Shown here one piece after another: positions 1 through 9,143 of a DNA stretch of 64,000 nt (position 1 is its first letter; each line of letters starts with the position of its first letter). A program made the position numbers and the translations under genes. The stretch lies in contig JBMUCX010000001.1 in NCBI GenBank assembly GCA_049458915.1, forward strand, positions 389 through 64,388. Reading direction: 5' to 3'. This DNA is from Ilumatobacteraceae bacterium. GTDB taxonomy: Bacteria; Actinomycetota; Acidimicrobiia; Acidimicrobiales; Ilumatobacteraceae. The notes under the pieces were generated by a model, which saw only the letters and a program-made list of their open reading frames with translations, was not told the DNA's origin and made no database searches.

Positions 1-431
1 GTCGTGCTGGACGTAGGTGGCGTCACATCGCCGCACACGTACGACAGTGCAAACTCTGGCGGGTCGAAGTTGTCGTTGTACGTCACCTCTGCAGAGGTTT
101 CCGTCGACAGAGACTCCAACGAAGCCCCATCCGAGGAGACGAAGAACGTCGACTGGTTCCCTGTGATCCCGGTGATCGGATCGACTCCGGTCGCGCCGTT
201 GAGCGTGATCGAGGCAAACTTGCCGGCTGTCACGGTGAAGCCCCACCCACTGGTGTCACCGCAGTTGCCGCCGACGGGAACCTCAGCGAGGACGAACGGC
301 TCGAGATCGAATGTCTCCGTCACGTTCGCCGCCGACACCGAGCCACCCGTCGCCAGCGTTACCACCACGAGCGCAGCTCCGGCTCCGATGAGCCCGAGAC
401 CGAGTGTGGACCGTTTGGATGAAGTGTGCAT
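1..431 (-). CDS. Secreted protein, N-terminal part (3' end lies outside the window); paralog of the LAXTG protein at 522-1250
   Basis: Reverse-strand translation from the ATG at 431 gives MHTSSKRSTLGLGLIGAGAALVVVTLATGGSVSAANV..., a signal peptide. It aligns with the next gene through GWGF..GKF.SITLNGATGV.PI.GITG.QS..F and YVCG.VTPP.SST. The ORF is not in the track because it runs off the window edge. Confidence 0.7.
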   Translation of the reverse strand, partial: MHTSSKRSTLGLGLIGAGAALVVVTLATGGSVSAANVTETFDLEPFVLAEVPVGGNCGDTSGWGFTVTAGKFASITLNGATGVDPITGITGNQSTFFVSSDGASLESLSTETSAEVTYNDNFDPPEFALSYVCGDVTPPTSST

Positions 432-521
432 TGAGGTTCCGCCGATCAGAATTCGTGGAGTGGGCATTTCGGGGAAGGATACATCAGATCACGATGGCGA
501 ACCACGACGCCTCAGGTGCGA

Positions 522-1250
522 TCAGCGCTGGTCGGCTGGCCGAGACACCAGATACAGGACGCTGCCGATCGCCACGAACAGCAGGCTCATCACCACGAGC
601 ATCCGGTCGTAGATACCCGTGGTCGCGAGCTGGGGCTCGGCCGCCACGGTCGTCGGGGTCGGCGATGCCGAGCCCGATCCATCGTCGGTCGGAACCTCGG
701 CGGTACCCGGCGACGTGGTTCCCGTCGCCTCCGGGGTCGTCGACGACACGTCGGGCGTCGTGGACGACGGAACCACGGTGGAGGGCGTCGACGTGCTCGG
801 CGTCGACGTGCTCGGCGTCGAGGTGTTCGGTGTCGTCGTGCTGGAGCTCGGCGGAGTCACACTGCCGCACACGTAAGCGAGGGTGAACGCCGGCGCGTTC
901 TGCCCCGACGCATTGATCTCGGCGACGCTGTCCGTCGACAGCAACCTCAACGACCCCTCGCCCGAGGGCACGAAATACGTCGACTGGAACCCGGTGATCC
1001 CGCTGATCGGGCCGACCCCGGTCGCGCCGTTGAGCGTGATCGACACGAACTTGCCCGTGGAGGCGCTGAACCCCCACCCGGATTCGACGCAGTTCTCCCC
1101 CTCCGGCACATCACCGAAGTCGAAGTCTGCCAGGTCGACCTGCACGACCGCTGCCGACACCGGCGCGCCGTCGAGGAGCGAGACCGAACCGAGTACCACA
1201 CCAGCGATGACGAAACCCAGACCTTTGGCGGAACGGAACCTTCTGTTCAC
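522..1250 (-). CDS. Cell-wall-anchored surface protein with an LAXTG (class E sortase type) sorting signal
   Basis: A GTG start at 1250 is preceded by GAGGAG. A signal peptide (GLGFVIAGVVLGSVSLL) is followed by a Thr/Pro/Ser linker. The C-terminus is PQLATTG, then the hydrophobic stretch MLVVMSLLFVAIGSVLYLV, then the basic tail SRPADQR. Confidence 0.8.
   Translation of the reverse strand: MNRRFRSAKGLGFVIAGVVLGSVSLLDGAPVSAAVVQVDLADFDFGDVPEGENCVESGWGFSASTGKFVSITLNGATGVGPISGITGFQSTYFVPSGEGSLRLLSTDSVAEINASGQNAPAFTLAYVCGSVTPPSSSTTTPNTSTPSTSTPSTSTPSTVVPSSTTPDVSSTTPEATGTTSPGTAEVPTDDGSGSASPTPTTVAAEPQLATTGIYDRMLVVMSLLFVAIGSVLYLVSRPADQR
785..844. repeat. 15-bp tandem repeat (2 perfect and 2 degenerate units) encoding the TPSTS linker of the surface protein
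   Basis: The sequence reads gcgtcgacgtgctcg gcgtcgacgtgctcg gcgtcgaggtgttcg gtgtcgtcgtgctgg. On the coding strand this gives (STPST)n. Confidence 0.8.
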
Positions 1251-1416
1251 CTGCAACTCCTCATGTCGACCCTGATCAGCCCCACCGCCCACCCGGAGAC
1301 CAGGAGCGGCGCACCCATCGCACTCGCGCGACGCGCGGTACGTGCTGGAATCTACATCCTGGCGAGGTCCATGTGTCAACTCATTCACCCGCCATCCGAA
1401 TCGGCCGCGCACGAGG

Positions 1417-2382
1417 TCATCCGGGGAACGATTCGGCCAGCACCCTCATCTGCTCCCACGCGATGTCGAGTGATGGACCAGGGAACACGTTGACGCTGGC
1501 GACACCGACCGCTTCGAGTGCAGCGACGTGCGCCACGGCATCGTCGAGCGTGCCGATCGCCCCGATCTCGCGCCAGTGGTCGGCGGGCATGTCGACGAGT
1601 GCCGCTGACCCGCCGTGATCGACACGCTCGTACCACTCGTCGAAGAACGGCAGCACCGTCAGCGCCCGGCGCCGCTCGCGCACGAGTCCGGCGACGAATG
1701 GCGCGACCTGGGCGTACGCCACGCGGCGATCGTCGGCCACCGACAGCATCGTGAAAGTCACGAGTTCGAAACCGTCACGTCCGACGCTCCCACCGCCAGC
1801 CAGGTCCGATGCCCACGTCACGTACCTCGGCCCGGCACCCTCGACCAAGATCAGCCCGTCGGCGATCCGACCGGCCAACTCCAACGACCGCTCCTGTTGT
1901 ACGCCGGCGAGCACTCTCGGCGCCACCAGCGGCGGCTGCTCCAGGCGGACCCGGTCGAGCGTCACGTAACGGCCGTCGAAGGTGACCAGTTCTCCGGACA
2001 GCAACCGCTTGACGGTAGAGATCGTCTCGTCGAGTGCCGTCAGCGGTGAGGAAGGTCGCACGCCCATCTGAGCCATCCACTCCTGGACACCGTGGCCGAC
2101 ACCGCCGACGAACCGGCCGGGTGCCAGGCTGGCCAGGGTGGCGAACTCCATCGCCGTCACCGCTGCCGCTCGTGCAACCGCTGGGACGATCCCCAGCCCC
2201 ACCCGGAGTCGCTCCGTGACCGCGAGTGCGGTCGCCGCGAGGCTCACGCCGGCGGTGAAGAAGCAGTCCTCGATCACCCAGAGGTCGTCGAGGCCCGAGG
2301 CTTCCACACGCTGGGCGTACTGGGCCACGGCACCGGCCGGGAACGAGCGGTCGAACACCATCCCGAGCCGAACCGATCCCAT
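1417..2382 (-). CDS. Luciferase-like (LLM class) flavin/F420-dependent oxidoreductase
   Basis: The N-terminus MGSVRLGMVFDRSFP...LDDLWVIEDCFF and the overall length and pattern are typical of the LLM family. The start at the internal ATG 2382 is preferred over 2424. Confidence 0.75.
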   Translation of the reverse strand: MGSVRLGMVFDRSFPAGAVAQYAQRVEASGLDDLWVIEDCFFTAGVSLAATALAVTERLRVGLGIVPAVARAAAVTAMEFATLASLAPGRFVGGVGHGVQEWMAQMGVRPSSPLTALDETISTVKRLLSGELVTFDGRYVTLDRVRLEQPPLVAPRVLAGVQQERSLELAGRIADGLILVEGAGPRYVTWASDLAGGGSVGRDGFELVTFTMLSVADDRRVAYAQVAPFVAGLVRERRRALTVLPFFDEWYERVDHGGSAALVDMPADHWREIGAIGTLDDAVAHVAALEAVGVASVNVFPGPSLDIAWEQMRVLAESFPG

Positions 2383-2418
2383 CCCACGGCTCACCGTAAT
2401 CGACCTGCGCCAGGGTCC

Positions 2419-2488
2419 GAACACCGGCGGCGACCGGCACGTCGAACACCGGCACGTCGAACACCGGCACGTCGAACACCGGCGAGCC
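2419..2488. repeat. Intergenic 15-bp tandem repeat (gaacaccggcacgtc, about 4.5 units)
   Basis: Direct reading gives gaacaccggcg gcgaccggcacgtc gaacaccggcacgtc gaacaccggcacgtc gaacaccggcgagcc. The repeat lies between the COG0523 stop and the LLM start. Confidence 0.85.
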
Positions 2489-3361
2489 TCACGGGGCGCG
2501 GACCACGACGAGGCGCGATCCCCCGCCCGTCAGATCCGGTCGATCCCGGAGTTGGCGCCGTCGGCCCACGACCTGGACCTCGACGGGTGCCGACGAGTCG
2601 TCACAACGGATCAGTCCTTTCGCCCGCACCACGTCATCGCCGAGACGGGCGACGAGCGCCTCCAGGTCGGCACGGTGCCGACCGACCACGGAGACCTCCT
2701 CGACACGGTGCCGAGACGTCGACACGGGCATTCCGGCCGACGTCACCGCCGGTCCGGTCCCACCGACCCCGAACAACACGACGGGATCGATCACCGCGGC
2801 ATCGAGCACCGGCGCCTCGGTCATGCCGGTGACCATCCGGCGGACACCGTCGACGTCGAGGGCGATGTCGGTCTTCGTGAGGACGACCACGTCGCCCGAC
2901 GCGATCTGCGACCGGACGGTGTCACCGACGTACCTGCGAGAAGCGGTCTCGAGCACCTGTTCGGCATCCGCCACCACCACGATGCCGTCGAGTCGGAACC
3001 CCGGAGTGTTCGCCCACCTCGCCAATCGCGCCGGCTCCCCGACCCCGCTCAGTTCCATCACGACGTGGTCGGGTCGAGGCGACAAGCTCCGAACCACCTC
3101 CAGCGCACCGACGAGATCATCGGTGACCGAACAACAGACACAGCCGTTCGCGAGCGTCAGCGTCGGCCCGTCGTGATCGACGACGAGCGCAGCGTCCGCG
3201 CCGATCGATCCCAGGTCGTTCACGAGAGCGACCACTCGCCGCCCCTCGCGTCCGGACGCGGTCAGCAACCGGTTCAGCAAGGTCGTCTTCCCGGCGCCGA
3301 GGTACCCACCGAGCAGCGTGAACGGAGTCCGGTCCGCTCCGGGGTCCGCGAATCCGGTCAC
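2489..3361 (-). CDS. COG0523/CobW-family G3E GTPase (putative metallochaperone)
   Basis: A P-loop (GGYLGAGKTTLLNRLL) and the CXCC motif (GCVCCSV) are present. The GTG start overlaps the upstream stop as GTGA at 3358-3361. Confidence 0.85.
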   Translation of the reverse strand: MTGFADPGADRTPFTLLGGYLGAGKTTLLNRLLTASGREGRRVVALVNDLGSIGADAALVVDHDGPTLTLANGCVCCSVTDDLVGALEVVRSLSPRPDHVVMELSGVGEPARLARWANTPGFRLDGIVVVADAEQVLETASRRYVGDTVRSQIASGDVVVLTKTDIALDVDGVRRMVTGMTEAPVLDAAVIDPVVLFGVGGTGPAVTSAGMPVSTSRHRVEEVSVVGRHRADLEALVARLGDDVVRAKGLIRCDDSSAPVEVQVVGRRRQLRDRPDLTGGGSRLVVVRAP

Positions 3362-5052
3362 GTCACTCGGCCGCCGACCACCGTTCCGAGCACCTCGATG
3401 TCCTTGATCGTCATCGGATCGACGGCGCGCGGGTCATCGGCGAGGGCGACGAGATCGGCGAGTTTCCCGGCCTCGACGGAACCGATCTGATGATCGAGAC
3501 GGAGTTGGTGCGCCGCATCGATCGTGACCGCTCGGAGTGCCCGGTCCACCCCGATCCGCTCGTACGGCCCGAGCACTGCGCCCGATGCCGTCACCCGGTT
3601 GACGGCACACCACATCGTGTGGAGCGACCCGAGCGGAGTGACCGACGCATCGGAGTGCACGCTGTAGCGGACCCCCTCTCGGTCAGCGGTCGCACATGCA
3701 TCCATCCGGGCGGCTCGATCAGGACCCACGGTCGTCGAGGCGTGCTGGTCGCCCCAGTAGAAGATGTGATTGGCGAAGATGTTGGCGCTCATGCCCAGAG
3801 CCGCCATCCTCCGGTACTGGGCCGAGGTGGTGAGCTGGCTGTGTTGCGCCGTGTGGCGGTGGTCGGGCCACGAGTGGTCGGCCAGGACGGACTCCACGGT
3901 GTCGAGCAGGAGATCGACCGCCTCGTCACCGTTGACGTGCGTGTGCACGGTGACGTGCGCTCGGTGGAACGCCCGGAACCACTCGTGCAACTGCTCCGGC
4001 GTGATCAGCCAGATCCCGTTGCCCCGCTCGGTCCCGTCCGCGGCGGGCAGGTACCCGGGTGGGTTGAGGCGAGCGGTGAAACCCTGGATCGACCCGTCGA
4101 GCACCAACTTCACCGCTCCGAACCTGACCCGATCGGTCGACCTCGTCGCGAGTTCACGCACCCAGACCGCCGCATCGTCTGCCGACCCGCGGAATCCCCG
4201 GGCAGGGTTGAACAGCGGAACGAGCCGCGCGGGAAAGTCCGGGTCGCCTGCCACCTCGGTCCACATCGCGGCCTGCTCGATCGTGTTGATCGCGGCACCT
4301 CCGAGCTCGGTCACCGTCGTGCACCCGACCACTCGGGCGATGTCCGCGAATCGCCGCAGTGCCGATGGCGCCGCCAACGCCCGGACCAGATCGCGCATCT
4401 CCCGGCGAGCGAGTGACATCGCAGCCGGCTCCTGCAGTTCGCCGATCGGTCGACCATCGGCGTCGCACGGCACACCCTCCATGTCGATCCCGCCGTCGAA
4501 TCCTTCCCGCCGCATGAGCGCGGTGTTCACGGTGAGCAGGTGCAACGAAGCGTGGAACACGCAGATCGGCCTGGTCTCCGACACCGCGTCGAGGTGCCGC
4601 GCGGCGAGGCGCTCACCCGGGAAGTAGATCGGATCGAATCCCCAGACCACGAGGGACTCGGCGGGATCGACGAGGAGGCCGTCGAGACGCCGGAGTTCAT
4701 CGAGGAGTTCGGACAGGCTCCGGCATCCGGACCGCCGGACACCGTCGGGTCCGACCCGAGGGAAGTACCCGACGTACTCCCACTCCCAGATCGCTCCCTC
4801 GAGGGAGTGGGCATGTGCCTCGACGAAACCCGGAAGCAGGACGGCATCGGCGAATCGGTCGTCGATCGACATCGCTCCCCAGTGCGACGCGAGGTCTTCG
4901 GCATCACCGACACCGAGGATGCGTCCAGCTCTGACGGCGACCGCTCCGGCCTCGGGAAGGCCGGGATCGAGCGTGACGACTCGACGCGCGACGTAGATCG
5001 TCCCGAGCTCGCTCATCTCCGCATCCTGGCTGCTCGAACCACCCCACCGCAA
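3358..5052 (-). CDS. Metal-dependent amidohydrolase (Amidohydro_3 / COG1574-like)
   Basis: The motif PGFVEAHAHS, the C-terminal GSVEAGKLADLV and a length of about 550 aa fit the family. The start is uncertain: TTG at 5052 or ATG at 5016. Confidence 0.75.
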   Translation of the reverse strand: MRWGGSSSQDAEMSELGTIYVARRVVTLDPGLPEAGAVAVRAGRILGVGDAEDLASHWGAMSIDDRFADAVLLPGFVEAHAHSLEGAIWEWEYVGYFPRVGPDGVRRSGCRSLSELLDELRRLDGLLVDPAESLVVWGFDPIYFPGERLAARHLDAVSETRPICVFHASLHLLTVNTALMRREGFDGGIDMEGVPCDADGRPIGELQEPAAMSLARREMRDLVRALAAPSALRRFADIARVVGCTTVTELGGAAINTIEQAAMWTEVAGDPDFPARLVPLFNPARGFRGSADDAAVWVRELATRSTDRVRFGAVKLVLDGSIQGFTARLNPPGYLPAADGTERGNGIWLITPEQLHEWFRAFHRAHVTVHTHVNGDEAVDLLLDTVESVLADHSWPDHRHTAQHSQLTTSAQYRRMAALGMSANIFANHIFYWGDQHASTTVGPDRAARMDACATADREGVRYSVHSDASVTPLGSLHTMWCAVNRVTASGAVLGPYERIGVDRALRAVTIDAAHQLRLDHQIGSVEAGKLADLVALADDPRAVDPMTIKDIEVLGTVVGGRVT

Positions 5053-5098
5053 TGGCGCACCCCGGCGGCGACCCGCCGGCCCCCGCTACGTTGGGGCG

Positions 5099-6325
5099 AT
5101 GCGCACCGCCATCGTGAACGGTCACGTCCTCGACACCGGCACGATGGAGTACTCGAGTGCGCGAGCGGTCGTGATCGAGAACGGCACGATCGTCGACGTC
5201 ACCGACGAGTACAGCGGTGGAGCCGACGTCGTCGTCGACGCAACCGGCGGATTCGTCCTCCCCGGGCTGATCGACGCACACGTCCACTTCCGCCTCGTCA
5301 CGCTGGACTTCGCTCGGATGTCGAAGATGACGGAAGTCGAGTTCGGGATACGAATGGCGACGCTGTCCCGCGCCACGGTCGAACGAGGATTCACGACGGT
5401 GCGCGACCTGGGCGGAGAACTGGCCGGACTCCTCCGAGCGATCCGCAACGGGGTGGCCACCGGTCCACGGATCGCCCGTGCCGGCCGCATGATCTCCCAG
5501 ACCGGCGGCCACGGCGATGCCGAGGGCGGACCTCGGGAGGTGCCGTCCTGCGCGTGTGCGATGCGTTCGACCGTGTTCGGCATCGTCGCCGATGGCCCCG
5601 ACGCCGTCCGCGCCGCAGCCCGACACAATCTGCGCGACGGCAGTGACTTCTTGAAGATCCACGTGTCCGGCGGGGTGGCGACCCCGTCCGACCCACTCGA
5701 GTCCCTCCAGTTCACCCCGGAAGAGATCGCGGTCGCCGTCACCGAAGCAAGCCACCGGGGCACCTACGTCGCTGCCCACGCCTACACCCCCGACGCGATC
5801 ACCCAGGCCGTCCTCAACGGTGTCCACTCGATCGAGCACGGCAACCTGATCGACGACGAAGCAGCAGCCCTCATGGCACGACATGGCTCGGTGCTGGTGC
5901 CGACGCTCGTCACCTACGCCGCGATGGGTGACCTCGGTGCTCGACTCGGCATGCCGGCGAGCAACCGGGCCAAGAACCAACGCGTGCTCGACGCCGGCCT
6001 CGATTCACTGGAGTCGGCGAGAGCTGCGGGCGTGACGATGGGATTCGGGACCGACCTGATCGGCGAGGCCCAGACGATGCAGGGGCACGAGTTCCGGATC
6101 CGCCACGAGGTCGAACCAGCGGTCGACGTCCTCCGTTCGATGTGGCTCGTCAACCCCCGGCTGTGTCGGGCCGAGGGTCGCATCGGTGTCATCGCGCCCG
6201 GCGCCGCCGGCGACATCGTGGTCTCACGGATCGATCCACTCGCCGACCTGAACGCGTTCGCCGACACCAGCGCCTCGCTCAGTCACGTCGTCCAGGCCGG
6301 GACGCTCGTCGTCGACCGCACCTGA
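5099..6325 (+). CDS. Amidohydrolase family protein (COG1228-like)
   Basis: PGLIDAHVHF, HAYTPDAI and GTDL motifs are present and the protein is 408 aa. It is divergent from the previous amidohydrolase. Confidence 0.8.
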   Translation: MRTAIVNGHVLDTGTMEYSSARAVVIENGTIVDVTDEYSGGADVVVDATGGFVLPGLIDAHVHFRLVTLDFARMSKMTEVEFGIRMATLSRATVERGFTTVRDLGGELAGLLRAIRNGVATGPRIARAGRMISQTGGHGDAEGGPREVPSCACAMRSTVFGIVADGPDAVRAAARHNLRDGSDFLKIHVSGGVATPSDPLESLQFTPEEIAVAVTEASHRGTYVAAHAYTPDAITQAVLNGVHSIEHGNLIDDEAAALMARHGSVLVPTLVTYAAMGDLGARLGMPASNRAKNQRVLDAGLDSLESARAAGVTMGFGTDLIGEAQTMQGHEFRIRHEVEPAVDVLRSMWLVNPRLCRAEGRIGVIAPGAAGDIVVSRIDPLADLNAFADTSASLSHVVQAGTLVVDRT

Positions 6326-6382
6326 CCGACACGGCCTCCGGAGGTCGGTGCGCGAGTGAACGACGTGTGCTGGACTGTGACG

Positions 6383-7081
6383 ATGACGACGTTCGTACTG
6401 GTGCACGGCGCCTGGGGCGGCGCCCAGACGTGGCGGCGGGTCCGGCCACTGCTGTGGTCGGCCGGACACGAGGTGTTCACGCCGAGCCTCACCGGCATCG
6501 GCGATCGAGCCCACCTCGCATCGCGGCAGGTGTCACTCCGGACGCATGTCGACGACCTCGTCGGCACCTTCCACTACGAAGGGATCGACGACGCCGTGTT
6601 GCTCGGCTTCTCCTACGGCGGGATGGTCGTCACCGGGGCGATCGACCGGATCGAGGACCGGGTCCGCGAACTCGTGTACCTCGACGCATTCGTACCCGCC
6701 GACGGTCAGTCGGTCGCCGACCTCACCGGACGCACCATTCCCGACGGGATCGACGACCCGTGGGCGATCGACGGGATCCCCCGCACCTACGAGGATCCGG
6801 CCGAGGCCGAGTTCCATCTCGGACGACGCACGCTCCAGCCCGTGCGGACCTTCACCGAACCGGTGTCGCTGTCTCGACCGCTCGAGGACCGACCCTTCGG
6901 ACGGACCTACGTGAAAGCCCTCGGTGACCAGCGTGCACCGAGTGGCCCGGACGCCTTCCACGACGCCGCGGATCGCATCCGTCACGACCCCGCATGGCGG
7001 TACGTGGAGTCGACCAGCAATCACATGATCCCGCAGAACCGGCCGCGAGAACTCGTCGACCTGCTGCTGTCGCTCGCCTGA
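6383..7081 (+). CDS. Alpha/beta hydrolase (esterase-like)
   Basis: The N-terminus is MTTFVLVHGAWGGAQTWRRV and the nucleophile elbow region is GFSYGGMV. Confidence 0.75.
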   Translation: MTTFVLVHGAWGGAQTWRRVRPLLWSAGHEVFTPSLTGIGDRAHLASRQVSLRTHVDDLVGTFHYEGIDDAVLLGFSYGGMVVTGAIDRIEDRVRELVYLDAFVPADGQSVADLTGRTIPDGIDDPWAIDGIPRTYEDPAEAEFHLGRRTLQPVRTFTEPVSLSRPLEDRPFGRTYVKALGDQRAPSGPDAFHDAADRIRHDPAWRYVESTSNHMIPQNRPRELVDLLLSLA

Positions 7082-7084
7082 CGA

Positions 7085-7140
7085 CCGGCCGGATCACGGC
7101 TCAGATCATCGTCCGCCGGATCAGGGCTCAGATCATCGTC
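7085..7140. repeat. Direct duplication of about 27 bp spanning the 3' end of the regulator gene
   Basis: ccggatcacggctcagatcatcgtc is followed by ccggatcagggctcagatcatcgtc. The second copy contains the stop codon and the last codons (STMI*) of the 7128-7889 CDS. Confidence 0.8.
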
Positions 7141-7889
7141 GAACAGAACGTGCCACCGCTCGCGAAGCTCGTCTCGGTCGTGACGTCGCCGACCTCACCG
7201 TCGATCAGCTCGCCCAACATGCCACGGACCATGCCGCGATCGACCGCGCAGATCACCGGGTGCTCGAGGGCGACATCACCGAACGGGCAGTGGTCGTTGA
7301 TGATGCGGAGACGGTCGTTCCGGCTCTCGGCGTGGGCAGCGAACCCGTGAGCGGTCAGGGCATCGGCGACCGCCTGGATCGCCGACCGCATCGACCGATG
7401 GCCGGCTTCGAGCGCATCACCGCGGAGCCCGGCGGCCATCGCCCGCCCGTACTCCGAACCGACCTCCTCGGCGAGTCGCTCGGCCTCGGCCGGGGTCAGC
7501 CGCGTGAGCGCCCGACCGAGGAGCGACAACACGAGGTCGTCGGACCGGACCGGGAACTCGGTCACGGCGTCGGCGACGGCTCGATAGCGCTTCGACGGCC
7601 GTCCCGCCCCACCTCCGGGGACCTTGCCCGCCTGTACTTCCAGGTAGCCGCCGGCAGCGAGTTTGTCGAGGTGGTGCCGCGCGACGTTCGGGTGGACACC
7701 CACTTCATCGGCGACCGCCGACGTGGTCATCCCGTCATCGCCACCGTGATCGCGCACGAAGAGATACACCCGCCGGCGGGTCGGGTCACCGAATGCATCG
7801 GTGATCGCGGACACCGTCGCGGTGAACGACGCTGCGACCGATGCCGTCGTCGCTGCTGATGTCGTCGTGCCGCTCGCGGCTCTCCCCAT
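7128..7889 (-). CDS. ArsR/COG2345-type winged-helix transcriptional regulator with a Cys-containing C-terminal domain (SufR-like)
   Basis: The HTH region reads FGDPTRRRVYLFVRDHGGDDGMTTSAVADEVGVHPNVARHHLDKLAAGGYLEV. The C-terminus reads HCPFGDVALEHPVICAVDRGM...FCSTMI. Confidence 0.7.
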   Translation of the reverse strand: MGRAASGTTTSAATTASVAASFTATVSAITDAFGDPTRRRVYLFVRDHGGDDGMTTSAVADEVGVHPNVARHHLDKLAAGGYLEVQAGKVPGGGAGRPSKRYRAVADAVTEFPVRSDDLVLSLLGRALTRLTPAEAERLAEEVGSEYGRAMAAGLRGDALEAGHRSMRSAIQAVADALTAHGFAAHAESRNDRLRIINDHCPFGDVALEHPVICAVDRGMVRGMLGELIDGEVGDVTTETSFASGGTFCSTMI

Positions 7890-7980
7890 GGCCCGATTCT
7901 ATGCACTCCGGGGAAATTCCACTGTCCGCGTAGTGCAAACCCCGGCGGCGCACCGCCACAATGACCCGGTGAGCGATCAG

Positions 7981-9117
7981 ATGAACCCCCGGCTCGTCGA
8001 GGCCCTCCGTCCGGTCCACGACCCCGAGCTGCACCGGTCGATCGTCGACCTCGGCATGCTCCGACGGGCAGAACTCGCGAGTGACGGCACCGCCCGGATC
8101 CTCGTGGCGCTCACGGTCGCCGGCTGCCCACTCCGCGCCGAGATCCAGAACCGGGTCACGGGGGCCGTCACCGTCCTCGACGGCGTGTCGGGCGTCGATC
8201 TCGAGTTCACGGTCATGACCGACGACGAACGCGAGCAGTTGCGCCGCACCCTCCACGGCGACGCCGCCTCGACCGCAGGACACCAGCACGCCCACGGTCA
8301 CGCCGAGGGCCGCAAGATCCCCTTCGCCGAGGCCGGCTCGCGCACCCGACCGCTCCTCATCTCGTCGGGTAAGGGTGGTGTCGGCAAGTCATCCGTCACG
8401 ACCAACCTGGCGGTCGCACTCGCCGCCCAGGGCCATTCGGTCGGCGTCGTCGACGCCGACATCTACGGCTACTCGATCCCGCGCATGCTCGGCACCGACC
8501 GGCCACCGACGATCATCGACCAGATGATCCTGCCGCCCGAACAGTGGGGAGTGCGCTGCATCTCGATGGGGTACTTCGCGCCGCCGGGCGAAGCCGTCAT
8601 CTGGCGTGGTCCGATGCTCCACAAGGCGCTCGAGCAGTTCCTCACCGACGTCTACTGGGACGAACCCGACTACCTCCTCATCGACATGCCTCCCGGCACC
8701 GGCGACATCGCGCTCAGCCTGTCGCAGTACCTGCCCCGCGGCGAGGTGTACGTGGTCACCACCCCGCAACCCGCCGCCCAGAAGGTCGCCCGGATGTCGG
8801 CGGCCATGGCCGCCAAGGTGAACCTGCCGGTCAAGGGCATCATCGAGAACATGTCGTGGTTCACCGGCGACGACGGCAAGCGGTACGAACTGTTCGGCGC
8901 CGGCGGTGGACTCGAACTCGCCGAGGAACTCGACGTGCCGCTGCTCGGCCAACTCCCGCTCGTCACGGCCTTGCGCGAGGGCGGTGACGACGGGCGCCCG
9001 ATCGCCGCGGTCGACCCGTCGAGCGAAGCTGCGCAAGCGTTCCACGACATCGCCCGCCAGATCGACCAGGACCTCCGGCCCCGACAGATCTTCCGGCCCG
9101 AACTCCGCATCATCTGA
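7981..9117 (+). CDS. mrp: Mrp/ApbC/NBP35-family Fe-S cluster carrier ATPase with an N-terminal DUF59 domain
   Basis: DUF59 region: VHDPELHRSIVDLGML. Deviant Walker A: SGKGGVGKSSVT. DMPPGTGD and the length also fit. The in-frame ATG at 7981 is chosen as the start. Confidence 0.9.
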   Translation: MNPRLVEALRPVHDPELHRSIVDLGMLRRAELASDGTARILVALTVAGCPLRAEIQNRVTGAVTVLDGVSGVDLEFTVMTDDEREQLRRTLHGDAASTAGHQHAHGHAEGRKIPFAEAGSRTRPLLISSGKGGVGKSSVTTNLAVALAAQGHSVGVVDADIYGYSIPRMLGTDRPPTIIDQMILPPEQWGVRCISMGYFAPPGEAVIWRGPMLHKALEQFLTDVYWDEPDYLLIDMPPGTGDIALSLSQYLPRGEVYVVTTPQPAAQKVARMSAAMAAKVNLPVKGIIENMSWFTGDDGKRYELFGAGGGLELAEELDVPLLGQLPLVTALREGGDDGRPIAAVDPSSEAAQAFHDIARQIDQDLRPRQIFRPELRII

Positions 9118-9143
9118 CCGGGTCGGCCGCCGTCCGAACCTCG

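Noticed and set aside
2419-2488. Possible CRISPR array (also considered for the repeats at 785-844, 36469-36516 and 51290-51340)
   Set aside because: The units are only 15-24 bp and directly abutting with no unique spacers. No cas genes are present. These are simple tandem repeats.
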